Below, piece after piece: positions 25,006 through 33,093 of a stretch of DNA of 55,057 nucleotides. A program made the translations under genes and the position numbers. Numbering within the stretch: the stretch's first letter is position 1; each line of letters opens with the position of its first letter. The notes below the pieces were generated by a model. The model was not told where the DNA came from, ran no database searches, and saw only the letters and a program-made list of their open reading frames with translations. Origin of the DNA: Nautiliaceae bacterium. Lineage in GTDB: Bacteria; Campylobacterota; Campylobacteria; Campylobacterales; Nautiliaceae. The stretch covers positions 1-55,057 of the forward strand of contig JALWNI010000058.1 of NCBI GenBank assembly GCA_027083695.1. The letters run 5' to 3'.

Positions 25006-26831
25006 GACATATAATTATTGGGACTGCTGGGCATGTAGACCATGGTAAAACATCTTTAATTGAAGCAATGACAGGTTATAATGGAGATGAGTTAAAAGAA
25101 GAAAAAGAAAGAGGTATTACAATTGATTTATCTTTTACAAATATGAAAAGAGATGATGTAAATGTAGCTTTTATAGATGTTCCAGGGCATGAGAAGTTAG
25201 TAAAAAATATGATTAGCGGTGCTTTTGGATTTGATGCTACACTTTTTGCTATTGATGTAAATGAAGGGATTATGCCTCAAACAATTGAGCATTTGGAAGT
25301 TTTGAATATTTTAAAAGTTCAAAATATTATTGTGGCTCTTACAAAATGTGATTTGGCAAGTGAAGAATTAATAGAAAAACGAAAAGAAGAGATAAAAGAA
25401 CTTATTAAAAATTATAAAAATTTAAAATTACTTAATATTATTCCAACTTCAATAAAAGATAAAGAGTCTATTGAAAGGCTTAAAGATTATCTTTTTAATC
25501 TGCCTCCTAGAAAATTAAATACTTCAAAATTTTTTAGATATTACATAGATAGAGTGTTTTCTCTAAAAGGTATAGGAACAGTTGTAACAGGGACGGTTCT
25601 TAGCGGTAATTTGAAAGTAGGAGATAAAGTTTATGTTAATGAGCTTGAAAAAATTATTAATGTAAAAAATCTTCAAGTCCATGGAGAAAATGTAAATGAA
25701 ATATTTACTCATGAAAGAGCAGCAATAAATCTTAATATTCCTCATAAAGAACTTCAAAAAGGATATTTATTAAGTTCAAAAGGCTATCTTAGAGGATTTA
25801 AATTAATTGATGTATATATTGAGCCTGTAAATGGTAAAGAAATAGCACATAATATGGATGTATTGTTTATTAGTGGAGCAAAAAGAATTCCGGGTAAAAT
25901 ATTAATGTTTAATCCAAATGACAAAAAAGGTTATGCTACTATTAAATTAAAAGAAAAAGCATATCTTGTTTATAAAGACCCTTTTGTAGTTCTTCATAAT
26001 GGTAGAGTTGTTGGAGGAGGCGAAATATTAAATCCAATAGCAGATCCTATTAAAAAAAGAAAAAAAATTGAATTATTAAAAGAATTAAAAGAGTCTAATT
26101 TTAAAAAAGCATTTGAAATTTTAGTTGAGAATCATAAAAGAGGATTCGGTCTTTTGCAAAGTTATCAAAGATTTAATTTAACTCCAAAAGAAGCACTAAA
26201 TATTGCAAAAGAGCTTGATAATGTATTTATTGATGAAGAAAATTATAATGTTTTTCACAAAAATGTAAGAGGCGAGATTAAAAAAATCATTAAAGATATT
26301 TATGAAAAAAATGCTTTGGCTTTTCTATCTCCTGCATCTGTGAAACTTAGGATAAAATGGGCAAGTGAAGGTATTATAAAATCTGTTATGGATGAATTGG
26401 TAGAAGAGGAATTTTTGGTAAAAGAAGGCTCAATTTATAAAAAAAGAGATGTGGCAAATGCAAATGTTGAAAAATCAGTAGAAAATAGACTTCTTGCCAT
26501 ATTAGAAAACTCTGGTGCTACACCCGAAGCACCTTATAATATTTATGAAAAACTTAATATTGATAGAAAAGTTGGAGATAATACAATGAAAAAATTGACT
26601 TCTGCCAAAAAAGTAGTAAGACTTGCTCATAATATATTTGTAGCAAGCAATCATTTGAATAATATGATAAATAAAATGAAAGAGATAATTAAAAAAAGAG
26701 GTTATATTGATGTCAAAATTTTCAAAGAAGAGATGCCAATGAGTAGGAAATATATAGTTGCGTATTTGGATTATTTAGATCAAATGGGGGATATAATTAA
26801 GATAGATAATAAAAGATATTTAAAATCTTGA
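25002..26831 (+). CDS. selB: Selenocysteine-specific translation elongation factor
   Basis: 609 aa with GTPase motifs GHVDHGKT, DVPGHEK and TKCD, plus a long C-terminal extension consistent with SECIS-binding winged-helix domains. Confidence 0.95.
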   Translation: MRHIIIGTAGHVDHGKTSLIEAMTGYNGDELKEEKERGITIDLSFTNMKRDDVNVAFIDVPGHEKLVKNMISGAFGFDATLFAIDVNEGIMPQTIEHLEVLNILKVQNIIVALTKCDLASEELIEKRKEEIKELIKNYKNLKLLNIIPTSIKDKESIERLKDYLFNLPPRKLNTSKFFRYYIDRVFSLKGIGTVVTGTVLSGNLKVGDKVYVNELEKIINVKNLQVHGENVNEIFTHERAAINLNIPHKELQKGYLLSSKGYLRGFKLIDVYIEPVNGKEIAHNMDVLFISGAKRIPGKILMFNPNDKKGYATIKLKEKAYLVYKDPFVVLHNGRVVGGGEILNPIADPIKKRKKIELLKELKESNFKKAFEILVENHKRGFGLLQSYQRFNLTPKEALNIAKELDNVFIDEENYNVFHKNVRGEIKKIIKDIYEKNALAFLSPASVKLRIKWASEGIIKSVMDELVEEEFLVKEGSIYKKRDVANANVEKSVENRLLAILENSGATPEAPYNIYEKLNIDRKVGDNTMKKLTSAKKVVRLAHNIFVASNHLNNMINKMKEIIKKRGYIDVKIFKEEMPMSRKYIVAYLDYLDQMGDIIKIDNKRYLKS

Positions 26832-26904
26832 TTTTTCCTTTTTTGTTATTTAAGATAAGGGTCTGAGTAAATTATCTAATATAAAAAAACGCTAAAAATT
26901 GTGA

Positions 26905-26919
26905 GGCTACACCGTAGCC
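26905..26919. terminator. Hairpin between convergent selB and the small periplasmic protein gene (possible bidirectional terminator)
   Basis: GGCTAC-ACC-GTAGCC, flanked by the outer inverted pair AACGCT/AGCGTT and by A/T runs on both sides. Confidence 0.4.
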
Positions 26920-26932
26920 CTAATAAGCGTTA

Positions 26933-27283
26933 TCAGCCAGCAGGTATTTTACCCTCAACAATACCAACTAAAAAGTCTTCTAAATCTTTTAGTTTTCTTT
27001 TGTTGTGGGCAAAATATTTTTCAATAATTTTTGCTGCTTTTTTGTAACCTTTTTTTTCAAGTATTTGAATTAAAGGTTTTGCATCATCTTTAAATAATGC
27101 TTTTAATTGAGATGGTGTCTGAACGCCTAAAATTTGAACCATCTTTGTCGCTTTAATATGCGTTTTGTGAGTGATATATCTTTTGTAATATCTGAAACCT
27201 TTGTTGTAGTCTGCAAACACGGCAGTTGTTCCAACACTCGCAAGTAGCAAACCTGCTACTAAAGCATTTCTGAACAATTTCAT
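26933..27283 (-). CDS. Small secreted/periplasmic hypothetical protein
   Basis: The internal ATG at 27283 has an AGGAG RBS and opens a clean signal peptide, MKLFRNALVAGLLLASVGTTAVFA. The 169-aa track ORF would run through tRNA-Sec, so its upstream part is spurious. Confidence 0.65.
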   Translation of the reverse strand: MKLFRNALVAGLLLASVGTTAVFADYNKGFRYYKRYITHKTHIKATKMVQILGVQTPSQLKALFKDDAKPLIQILEKKGYKKAAKIIEKYFAHNKRKLKDLEDFLVGIVEGKIPAG

Positions 27284-27316
27284 TTGAGTCTCCTTTAAAA
27301 ATTTAACTGCATTTAT

Positions 27317-27345
27317 ATTATAACATTGAATGAGAAAAATTTCAA
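27317..27345 (-). promoter_or_regulatory. Candidate promoter TTGAAA-17 nt-TGTTATAAT for the small periplasmic protein gene
   Basis: Read on the minus strand: TTGAAA at 27345-27340 and TATAAT at 27322-27317, with an upstream TG. Confidence 0.45.
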
Positions 27346-27354
27346 GAATATAAT

Positions 27355-27380
27355 AAAAAGTTATGAATAAAGATTCATAG
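27355..27380 (-). terminator. Hairpin plus T-run immediately after tRNA-Sec
   Basis: TATGAAT-CTTT-ATTCATA on the minus strand, followed by ACTTTTTATT. Confidence 0.45.
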
Positions 27381-27386
27381 GGGTTT

Positions 27387-27485
27387 TGGCGGAAGGGGGT
27401 AGGAATCGAACCTACCGGGCAAGCAGTCACCTGCCGCCCCATCGGGTTTGAAGCCCGAGGTGTCCACCAGGATCACATCCCCTCC
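27387..27485 (-). tRNA. selC: tRNA-Sec (anticodon UCA)
   Basis: 99 nt. The minus strand reads GGAGGGGATGTGATCC...GGGCTTCAAACCC...GGTAGGTTCGATTCCTACCCCCTTCCGCCA. It has anticodon loop CTTCAAA, a long variable arm (GGGGCGGCAGGTGACTGCTTGCCC), an extended acceptor stem and an encoded CCA. Confidence 0.92.
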
Positions 27486-27516
27486 AATGAGGAATATAAT
27501 TATAACAAAAATATTT

Positions 27517-28377
27517 TTATTCCAAAAGTTTTAAAGCAAGTTCTGTAAGTTTGTTTCTATATATATTTTGTAAATCCACCCAAGCGAGTGTTTCGTGTGG
27601 CAGGAGTTGTTGAAGTCTAAAAAGTCCGCTATCTTGTTTTGAGATAGTAGAATATGTTTGATGAATATCTCCAAGTAAAAAAAGTTTGCTTCCTTCACTC
27701 ATTCTTGAAAGTATCATACTCATATATTCTCTTGTCACAAGTTGTACCTCATCAACTATTAAAATTTCTCCTTCAAGAATTGAAACTCCTTGAATCATAT
27801 TAAGAGGGATTATTTCAAATTTTTCGAAAAAAAGTTGGGATTTGATCGAATCGTAATTTTGTCCTTTAATATTTCTATATAAAAAATTTAAGGCACTTAA
27901 AAATCCTCCAGCCCATTCAAGCATTTTTTCATCTTTGCTTCCGGGTAGAAATCCTATATCATAAGCACTGCTTATTCCAATGGGAGGACGGGTAATAAAT
28001 ATTTTTCTGTTTGTAAGAGCAAGAGCGGTAGCAGTAGCAAGCAATGTTTTTCCACTTCCAAAACGCCCTGTAAGAAGAGTAGCAGGAGATTCTTTTAAGG
28101 CATAAATAGCGCATTTTTGATATATATCAAGAGGTGTAAAAATTTGAGCATTTTTTATTCTTAATTTACTTGTCTCAGGAATATTGTCAATTCTTTCAAT
28201 CCCTTTATATGGATTATAACAATACGCTAAATCTCTCATTTCATCATTTGTAATAACAAAATCCCATGGTTTTAATTCATAATTGAATTTTTCTTTAATA
28301 TATTTTTTAAAATCATTAACAGGTTTTATTCCTAAAAAATGTCCAAATTCAAAATTTTTATCTTCTATTAAAATCAT
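27517..28377 (-). CDS. Divergent PhoH-like ATPase
   Basis: Walker A GRFGSGKT. PhoH-type motifs ITRPP...GFLPGSKDEK and VDEVQ...LLGDIHQ. The N-terminal ~95 aa are unassigned. Confidence 0.75.
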   Translation of the reverse strand: MILIEDKNFEFGHFLGIKPVNDFKKYIKEKFNYELKPWDFVITNDEMRDLAYCYNPYKGIERIDNIPETSKLRIKNAQIFTPLDIYQKCAIYALKESPATLLTGRFGSGKTLLATATALALTNRKIFITRPPIGISSAYDIGFLPGSKDEKMLEWAGGFLSALNFLYRNIKGQNYDSIKSQLFFEKFEIIPLNMIQGVSILEGEILIVDEVQLVTREYMSMILSRMSEGSKLFLLGDIHQTYSTISKQDSGLFRLQQLLPHETLAWVDLQNIYRNKLTELALKLLE

Positions 28378-28384
28378 TTCCTCC

Positions 28385-29347
28385 TTAATGAAAAATTTTG
28401 TGATTTATAAAAATTGCCAGCATAAAAATTAAAAGCATAAAAACGCTCATGGCTATTGCATATTTTCTATAAGTTTTTGCTTTTTTTTCTTCCCACCATG
28501 TTTTAGGTTTGATTCCTTGAAATCTAAATGTAATAACACCAGATAAAATAAGACTTACAACATTTATTAAAAATAAAAGCAAAGCCGAAACAGAAAATAT
28601 AATATACCCTCCCCCAAGCAGCATTCCACTTGCTACGAGAGGTGGAAGGAGTGAGATTGCAACCATTACACCTACAAGACTCAAATTATAGCCTGTTGTA
28701 AAAGCTAAAACTCCGGCAATCCCTGAGGATATAGCAATAATAATATCTGAATAGTGAAGATGTATTCTTGAACTTATTTGTGATAGATTAGGAGAGATAT
28801 GAAGTAAAAAACCAAATAAAACAGCTAGCATATAAGCAATAAAACTGCCACTAAAAAGAGCTTTAAATCCTTTTTTGACTAAATTCATATCCCCTAATGT
28901 AATTCCAAAAGATGCCGCAATATTTGGTCCAAGCAGAGGTGCTATTACCATTGCTCCTATAATTACTGCAACGTTATTTGTTGCAAATCCAAATATTGCT
29001 ATTAATGCAGATAAAACAAGCATTATAAAATAGATATAGTTTATTTCTGTTGAATGCAAAATTTTGGCATATAACTCTTCTCTGCTTACTTTTATCCTCT
29101 TTTTAGTCGATGTTTGGGGAGTTGGAAGTGTGGTGATTACATCTAATACGATAATTCTTATATCTTTTATTTTGTTTAATTTATCGATTAAAGTTTGTGA
29201 ATAGGGAGTTTGTATTAAAATTTTGTAGGCAAGTTTGTTTTTATATGACTCTTCTTGCCAATAATCTACAATTCCTTTGGTATTGAATATATTTTTTAAA
29301 TCATCTTTACTTTCTTTTGGTAAAATAATTTCTATTAATCTATACAT
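28385..29347 (-). CDS. DUF389 / TIGR00341-like integral membrane protein
   Basis: Soluble N-terminal domain followed by about 6 TM helices, with IGAMVIAPLLGPN typical of DUF389 (from memory). Confidence 0.7.
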   Translation of the reverse strand: MYRLIEIILPKESKDDLKNIFNTKGIVDYWQEESYKNKLAYKILIQTPYSQTLIDKLNKIKDIRIIVLDVITTLPTPQTSTKKRIKVSREELYAKILHSTEINYIYFIMLVLSALIAIFGFATNNVAVIIGAMVIAPLLGPNIAASFGITLGDMNLVKKGFKALFSGSFIAYMLAVLFGFLLHISPNLSQISSRIHLHYSDIIIAISSGIAGVLAFTTGYNLSLVGVMVAISLLPPLVASGMLLGGGYIIFSVSALLLFLINVVSLILSGVITFRFQGIKPKTWWEEKKAKTYRKYAIAMSVFMLLIFMLAIFINHKIFH

Positions 29348-30173
29348 TTTCTATTTTCATTGAAAAATCTTTAAATGTCGCTTGATGAATAATAGCACCG
29401 CTGCTTACTGCGTCAATACCTAAATTTTCATACTCTTTTATATTTTCAAGTGTAATATTCCCGCTTGCTTCAAGCAGTATTGAGGGATTGTTTTTATTTC
29501 TGTATTCTACTACTTTTTTGATAGTCTCAAAATCCATATTATCACACATTACAATATCTGCACCAGCTGAGATGGCTTCTTTTGCCTGCTGTAAAGTTTC
29601 ACATTCAATTTCTATTTTTGTGGTAAAAGGTATTGAATTTCTTGCAATTTGTATAGCTTGTGTAATTGATTTAAATGTTGCGAGGTGAGTATCTTTTAGC
29701 ATCAAACAATCATCAAGTCCAAGCCTGTGATTTGTAACTCCCCCACATTTACTTGCATATTTTTCAAAAGTCCTAAGAAGTGGTCTGGTTTTTCTAGTAT
29801 CGAGTATTTTTAATTTTTTTGCATGTTTGGTAAATTTGTATGCATTAGAAGCTATTCCGCTTGCATGTTGTAAAATATTTAAAATACTTCTTTCTATACT
29901 TAAAATATCTTTTGCATTTCCGCTGATTATAAAAATAACATCGCCTTCTTTATAAAAATCACCATCATCAAAATTAAAATCAAATTTTACATCGGCTAAG
30001 TAACTGAATTTTTTAATATATTCTATTCCAGCGACAACTCCTTCACTTTTTGCAATAATTTTGGCATTGATTAATCTGTTTGGAATAAGTTCTCTTGCTA
30101 AATCGCCCCTTCCTATATCTTCTTTTAAAACCTCTTTTAAGAAATCTATTATCTGGAAATTCATCAGATTCAT
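29340..30173 (-). CDS. nadC: Nicotinate-nucleotide diphosphorylase (carboxylating)
   Basis: 277 aa of the QPRTase family (DTRKTRPLLR, HRLGLDD, LEASGNI). Overlaps nadA by 4 nt. Confidence 0.93.
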   Translation of the reverse strand: MNLMNFQIIDFLKEVLKEDIGRGDLARELIPNRLINAKIIAKSEGVVAGIEYIKKFSYLADVKFDFNFDDGDFYKEGDVIFIISGNAKDILSIERSILNILQHASGIASNAYKFTKHAKKLKILDTRKTRPLLRTFEKYASKCGGVTNHRLGLDDCLMLKDTHLATFKSITQAIQIARNSIPFTTKIEIECETLQQAKEAISAGADIVMCDNMDFETIKKVVEYRNKNNPSILLEASGNITLENIKEYENLGIDAVSSGAIIHQATFKDFSMKIENV

Positions 30174-31144
30174 TTTACAATCTCCATCATTTGATTTAGA
30201 GCTTTTAGTGCATATTTATAAACTTTTTCATCAACTTTTATTTCATTATAAGGATTTCCTTCATCAATTGCTTTTAAAAGATTATATAACTCTTTTAGAG
30301 TTGTCTCATTCATAGATGGACATTCAGGTTTTGTGGACGAAAGGATATAGATATTTGGATTAATATCTCTTTTCATTCTATTAACGAAATTAAATTCAGT
30401 TCCGATAGCCATTTTTTCATTAGGATGGTTTTTTACATAATTTAAAATTTGAGAAGTAGAACCTACAAAATCTGCCATTTTGCATACTTCTGGGGAACAT
30501 TCGGGATGGACTACTATTTTTATATCAGGATATTTTTCTTTATAAAATTCTACATGTTCTGGCATAAACAATTGATGAACAGAACAATGCCCGTTAAAAC
30601 AGATAATATCAGCATCCTGCCAATTTTGAGTTTCTATTACTTTTGCAATTAATCCAAGTTTATTTGCCATATTTGTTCCTAGATTTTTATCTGGCAGAAA
30701 ATAGATTTTTTTATTCTGTTTTAGAGCCCATTTTATTATTTTATCAGCACTGCTGCTGGTGCAAATGCTCCCGTCAAGTTCTCCAACGATAGCTTTTACA
30801 GCTGCTGATGAATTTACATAACAAATTGGAATAAAATCAATATTCTCTTTTTTTAAAAGTTCTATATCTTTTTTTACTTTATCAATTTCTGCCATTCTTG
30901 CCATTGAGCAGCTTGCTAATTTCGGCATATATACAGGGATTGAAGGATTTAAGATTTTTGCACTCTCTCCCATAAAACTAACACCACAAAAAATTAAAGG
31001 ATTTGTAAGTTTAGCCGTTTTTTTGGCAAGTTCTAAACTATCTCCCGTAATATCTGCAATATCAAATACTTCATCTTTTTCATAATAATGAGCTGCAAGA
31101 GTAATTTTATGCTTTTTAAGTAATTCTTTAACTTCATTAACCAT
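30170..31144 (-). CDS. nadA: Quinolinate synthase A
   Basis: 324 aa of the NadA family, with three-repeat architecture, conserved Cys residues and an HPEC motif. Confidence 0.93.
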   Translation of the reverse strand: MVNEVKELLKKHKITLAAHYYEKDEVFDIADITGDSLELAKKTAKLTNPLIFCGVSFMGESAKILNPSIPVYMPKLASCSMARMAEIDKVKKDIELLKKENIDFIPICYVNSSAAVKAIVGELDGSICTSSSADKIIKWALKQNKKIYFLPDKNLGTNMANKLGLIAKVIETQNWQDADIICFNGHCSVHQLFMPEHVEFYKEKYPDIKIVVHPECSPEVCKMADFVGSTSQILNYVKNHPNEKMAIGTEFNFVNRMKRDINPNIYILSSTKPECPSMNETTLKELYNLLKAIDEGNPYNEIKVDEKVYKYALKALNQMMEIVK

Positions 31145-31191
31145 TTACAGCCTTTTTTCTAAATTATATTATAATTTCACAAAAAAGGAAA

Positions 31192-31803
31192 TTGATGAGT
31201 AATCTTTTATGGTATTTATTTGCATATTTAGCAGGAGGAATTCCGTTTGGATATATAATTGCAAAATATTTTGCGGGAATCAATATAAAAGAGCATGGAA
31301 GCGGAAATATTGGTGCTACAAATGTTTTGAGGGTTTTAAAAGAGATTGACCCCAAAAAGGCTAAAAAATTAGCGGCTTTAACACTATTTTTAGATGCCTT
31401 TAAAGGAGCTTTTGTAATTTTAGTAGCAAAATTTGTAGGTGCTTGTGATGCAACTTTATGGACATTAGCGGTTTTGGTGGTAATTGGGCACTGTTTTACT
31501 CCATTTCTTGGTTTCAAAGGTGGAAAAGGTGTTGCGACAACAGCTGGAGCATTGATTGTTTTAATACCAAAAGCTGTGATAGTTGGATTAATCGTTTGGT
31601 TTATTATGGCAAAAACTGTTAAAATTTCATCTCTCAGTTCGCTTACAGGAATTTTAGTAGGTATTTTTAGCGCTTATATTTTATATCCTCATTTGTCTAT
31701 TCAATCTTATGCGCCATTGTGGATAATTGCTTTTATTATTATTTATAAACATAAAGAAAATATTTATAGGCTTATCACAGGACAAGAAAAAAGGGTGGTC
31801 TGA
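31192..31803 (+). CDS. plsY: Glycerol-3-phosphate acyltransferase PlsY
   Basis: GSGNIGATNVLR and GGKGVAT motifs in a multi-TM protein. Confidence 0.93.
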   Translation: MMSNLLWYLFAYLAGGIPFGYIIAKYFAGINIKEHGSGNIGATNVLRVLKEIDPKKAKKLAALTLFLDAFKGAFVILVAKFVGACDATLWTLAVLVVIGHCFTPFLGFKGGKGVATTAGALIVLIPKAVIVGLIVWFIMAKTVKISSLSSLTGILVGIFSAYILYPHLSIQSYAPLWIIAFIIIYKHKENIYRLITGQEKRVV

Positions 31804-32129
31804 TGTATAGTATTATTATTGAAGATTTGACTTTTAAGGCAATTTTAGGACTTTTAGAAAAAGAGAGACATCAAGAGCAAATTGTAGTAGTTAATGTAAA
31901 AATAGAATATTTAAATAAAAAAGAATATATAGATTACGCAAAAGTATGTGATTTGATACAACAAAAAATAATTAATGGTAAATATCAATTGATTGAAGAT
32001 GCAATTGATGATATTGAAGAAATGTTAAAACAAGAATTTCCTCAGATGAAAAAACTCTATTTATCTGTTAAAAAGCCTGAAATATTAAAAAATGCTTTGG
32101 TTGGAGTTGAAATTTTAAGAAATTATTAA
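31803..32129 (+). CDS. folB: Dihydroneopterin aldolase-family protein
   Basis: 108 aa with the FKAILGLLEKER pattern. The plsY-folB adjacency matches Helicobacter/Campylobacter. Confidence 0.65.
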   Translation: MYSIIIEDLTFKAILGLLEKERHQEQIVVVNVKIEYLNKKEYIDYAKVCDLIQQKIINGKYQLIEDAIDDIEEMLKQEFPQMKKLYLSVKKPEILKNALVGVEILRNY

Positions 32130-32168
32130 AATTTGCTATAATTAGTTAAAGTATATAAAGGAGATATA

Positions 32169-32837
32169 GTGCGTCTTTTAATTGTTGAAAAAGATGAAAC
32201 ATTAAATGAACTTATCAAAAGATCATTAAACGAATCTGGATATAAAACTGATGAAGCGTATACTATTAAAGACGCTAAATATTTTTTGGATATAAGACAT
32301 TATAATTTAGTAATAGTTGATTTGAATTATGGAATAAGTGAAGTTTTTAAGTTTATAGATTATGCTAAAAACATGTTTCCTTTAATAAAAATAATTGTAA
32401 TTTCAGATGATATTTCAGTAGAGAGTGAGATTAAAACATTAAAAATGGGAGCTGATGATTTCATTAAAAAACCACTTAATTTTGATTTACTTATAACCCG
32501 TGTAAATGTAGCACTAAGAAGTGGAAAAGAGTCTCAAATAAAAATTAAAGATTTAATTATTTTAAAAGATGAAGAAAAAATAATTTATAAAGGAAAAGAG
32601 TCATATCTTAAAGGGAAAGCATTTGAAGTTTTTATGCACTTGGCAAGATATCCAAATCAGGTAATTTCAAAAGAGCAGCTTCTTGATGCAATATGGGAAG
32701 AGCCTGAGCTTGTTACTCCAAATGTAATAGAAGTTGCTGTAAATCAAATTCGTCAAAAGGTTGACAAAGTTTTTAAAATTGATACAATAAAAACCATTCG
32801 CCGTAGAGGCTATAAATTTTGTTATCCAAAGGAGTAA
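32169..32837 (+). CDS. hsrA: Orphan OmpR-family response regulator, HsrA (HP1043)/CosR (Cj0355c) ortholog
   Basis: GTG start. The C-terminal half (ISKEQLLDAIWEEPELVTPNVIEVAVNQIRQKVDK ... IRRRGYKFCYPK) closely matches what I recall of HsrA/CosR. No histidine kinase is adjacent. Confidence 0.8.
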   Translation: MRLLIVEKDETLNELIKRSLNESGYKTDEAYTIKDAKYFLDIRHYNLVIVDLNYGISEVFKFIDYAKNMFPLIKIIVISDDISVESEIKTLKMGADDFIKKPLNFDLLITRVNVALRSGKESQIKIKDLIILKDEEKIIYKGKESYLKGKAFEVFMHLARYPNQVISKEQLLDAIWEEPELVTPNVIEVAVNQIRQKVDKVFKIDTIKTIRRRGYKFCYPKE

Positions 32838-32838
32838 T

Positions 32839-33093
32839 ATGTCGCTAAAAATTACAGATGAATGCATTGCATGTGATGCATGCGTGGAAGTTTGTCCAAA
32901 TGGAGCAATTGAGCCAGGAGATCCTATTTATGAAATAGACCCAGATTTATGTACTGAATGCATTGAATATGGTGGTGAGCCTCAATGTGTTCCTGAATGT
33001 CCTGTGGATGCTATTGTTCCAGACCCTGATAATGTAGAAAATGCAAAAGAATTAAAACTTAAAGCAGAACTTATTCATAAAGAAGAAGAGTAA
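32839..33093 (+). CDS. YfhL-type 2x[4Fe-4S] ferredoxin
   Basis: CIACDACVEVCP and CTEC...CVPECP cluster motifs. Confidence 0.85.
   Translation: MSLKITDECIACDACVEVCPNGAIEPGDPIYEIDPDLCTECIEYGGEPQCVPECPVDAIVPDPDNVENAKELKLKAELIHKEEE

Noticed and set aside
26933-27442. 169-aa minus-strand ORF from the track
   Set aside because: Its first 53 codons run through tRNA-Sec (27387-27485) and that gene's terminator. An internal ATG at 27283, with an AGGAG RBS and a clean signal peptide, is the plausible start.
31164-31517. 117-aa minus-strand ORF opposite plsY
   Set aside because: It is antisense to a clear plsY. Its basic, low-complexity sequence is typical of a shadow frame.
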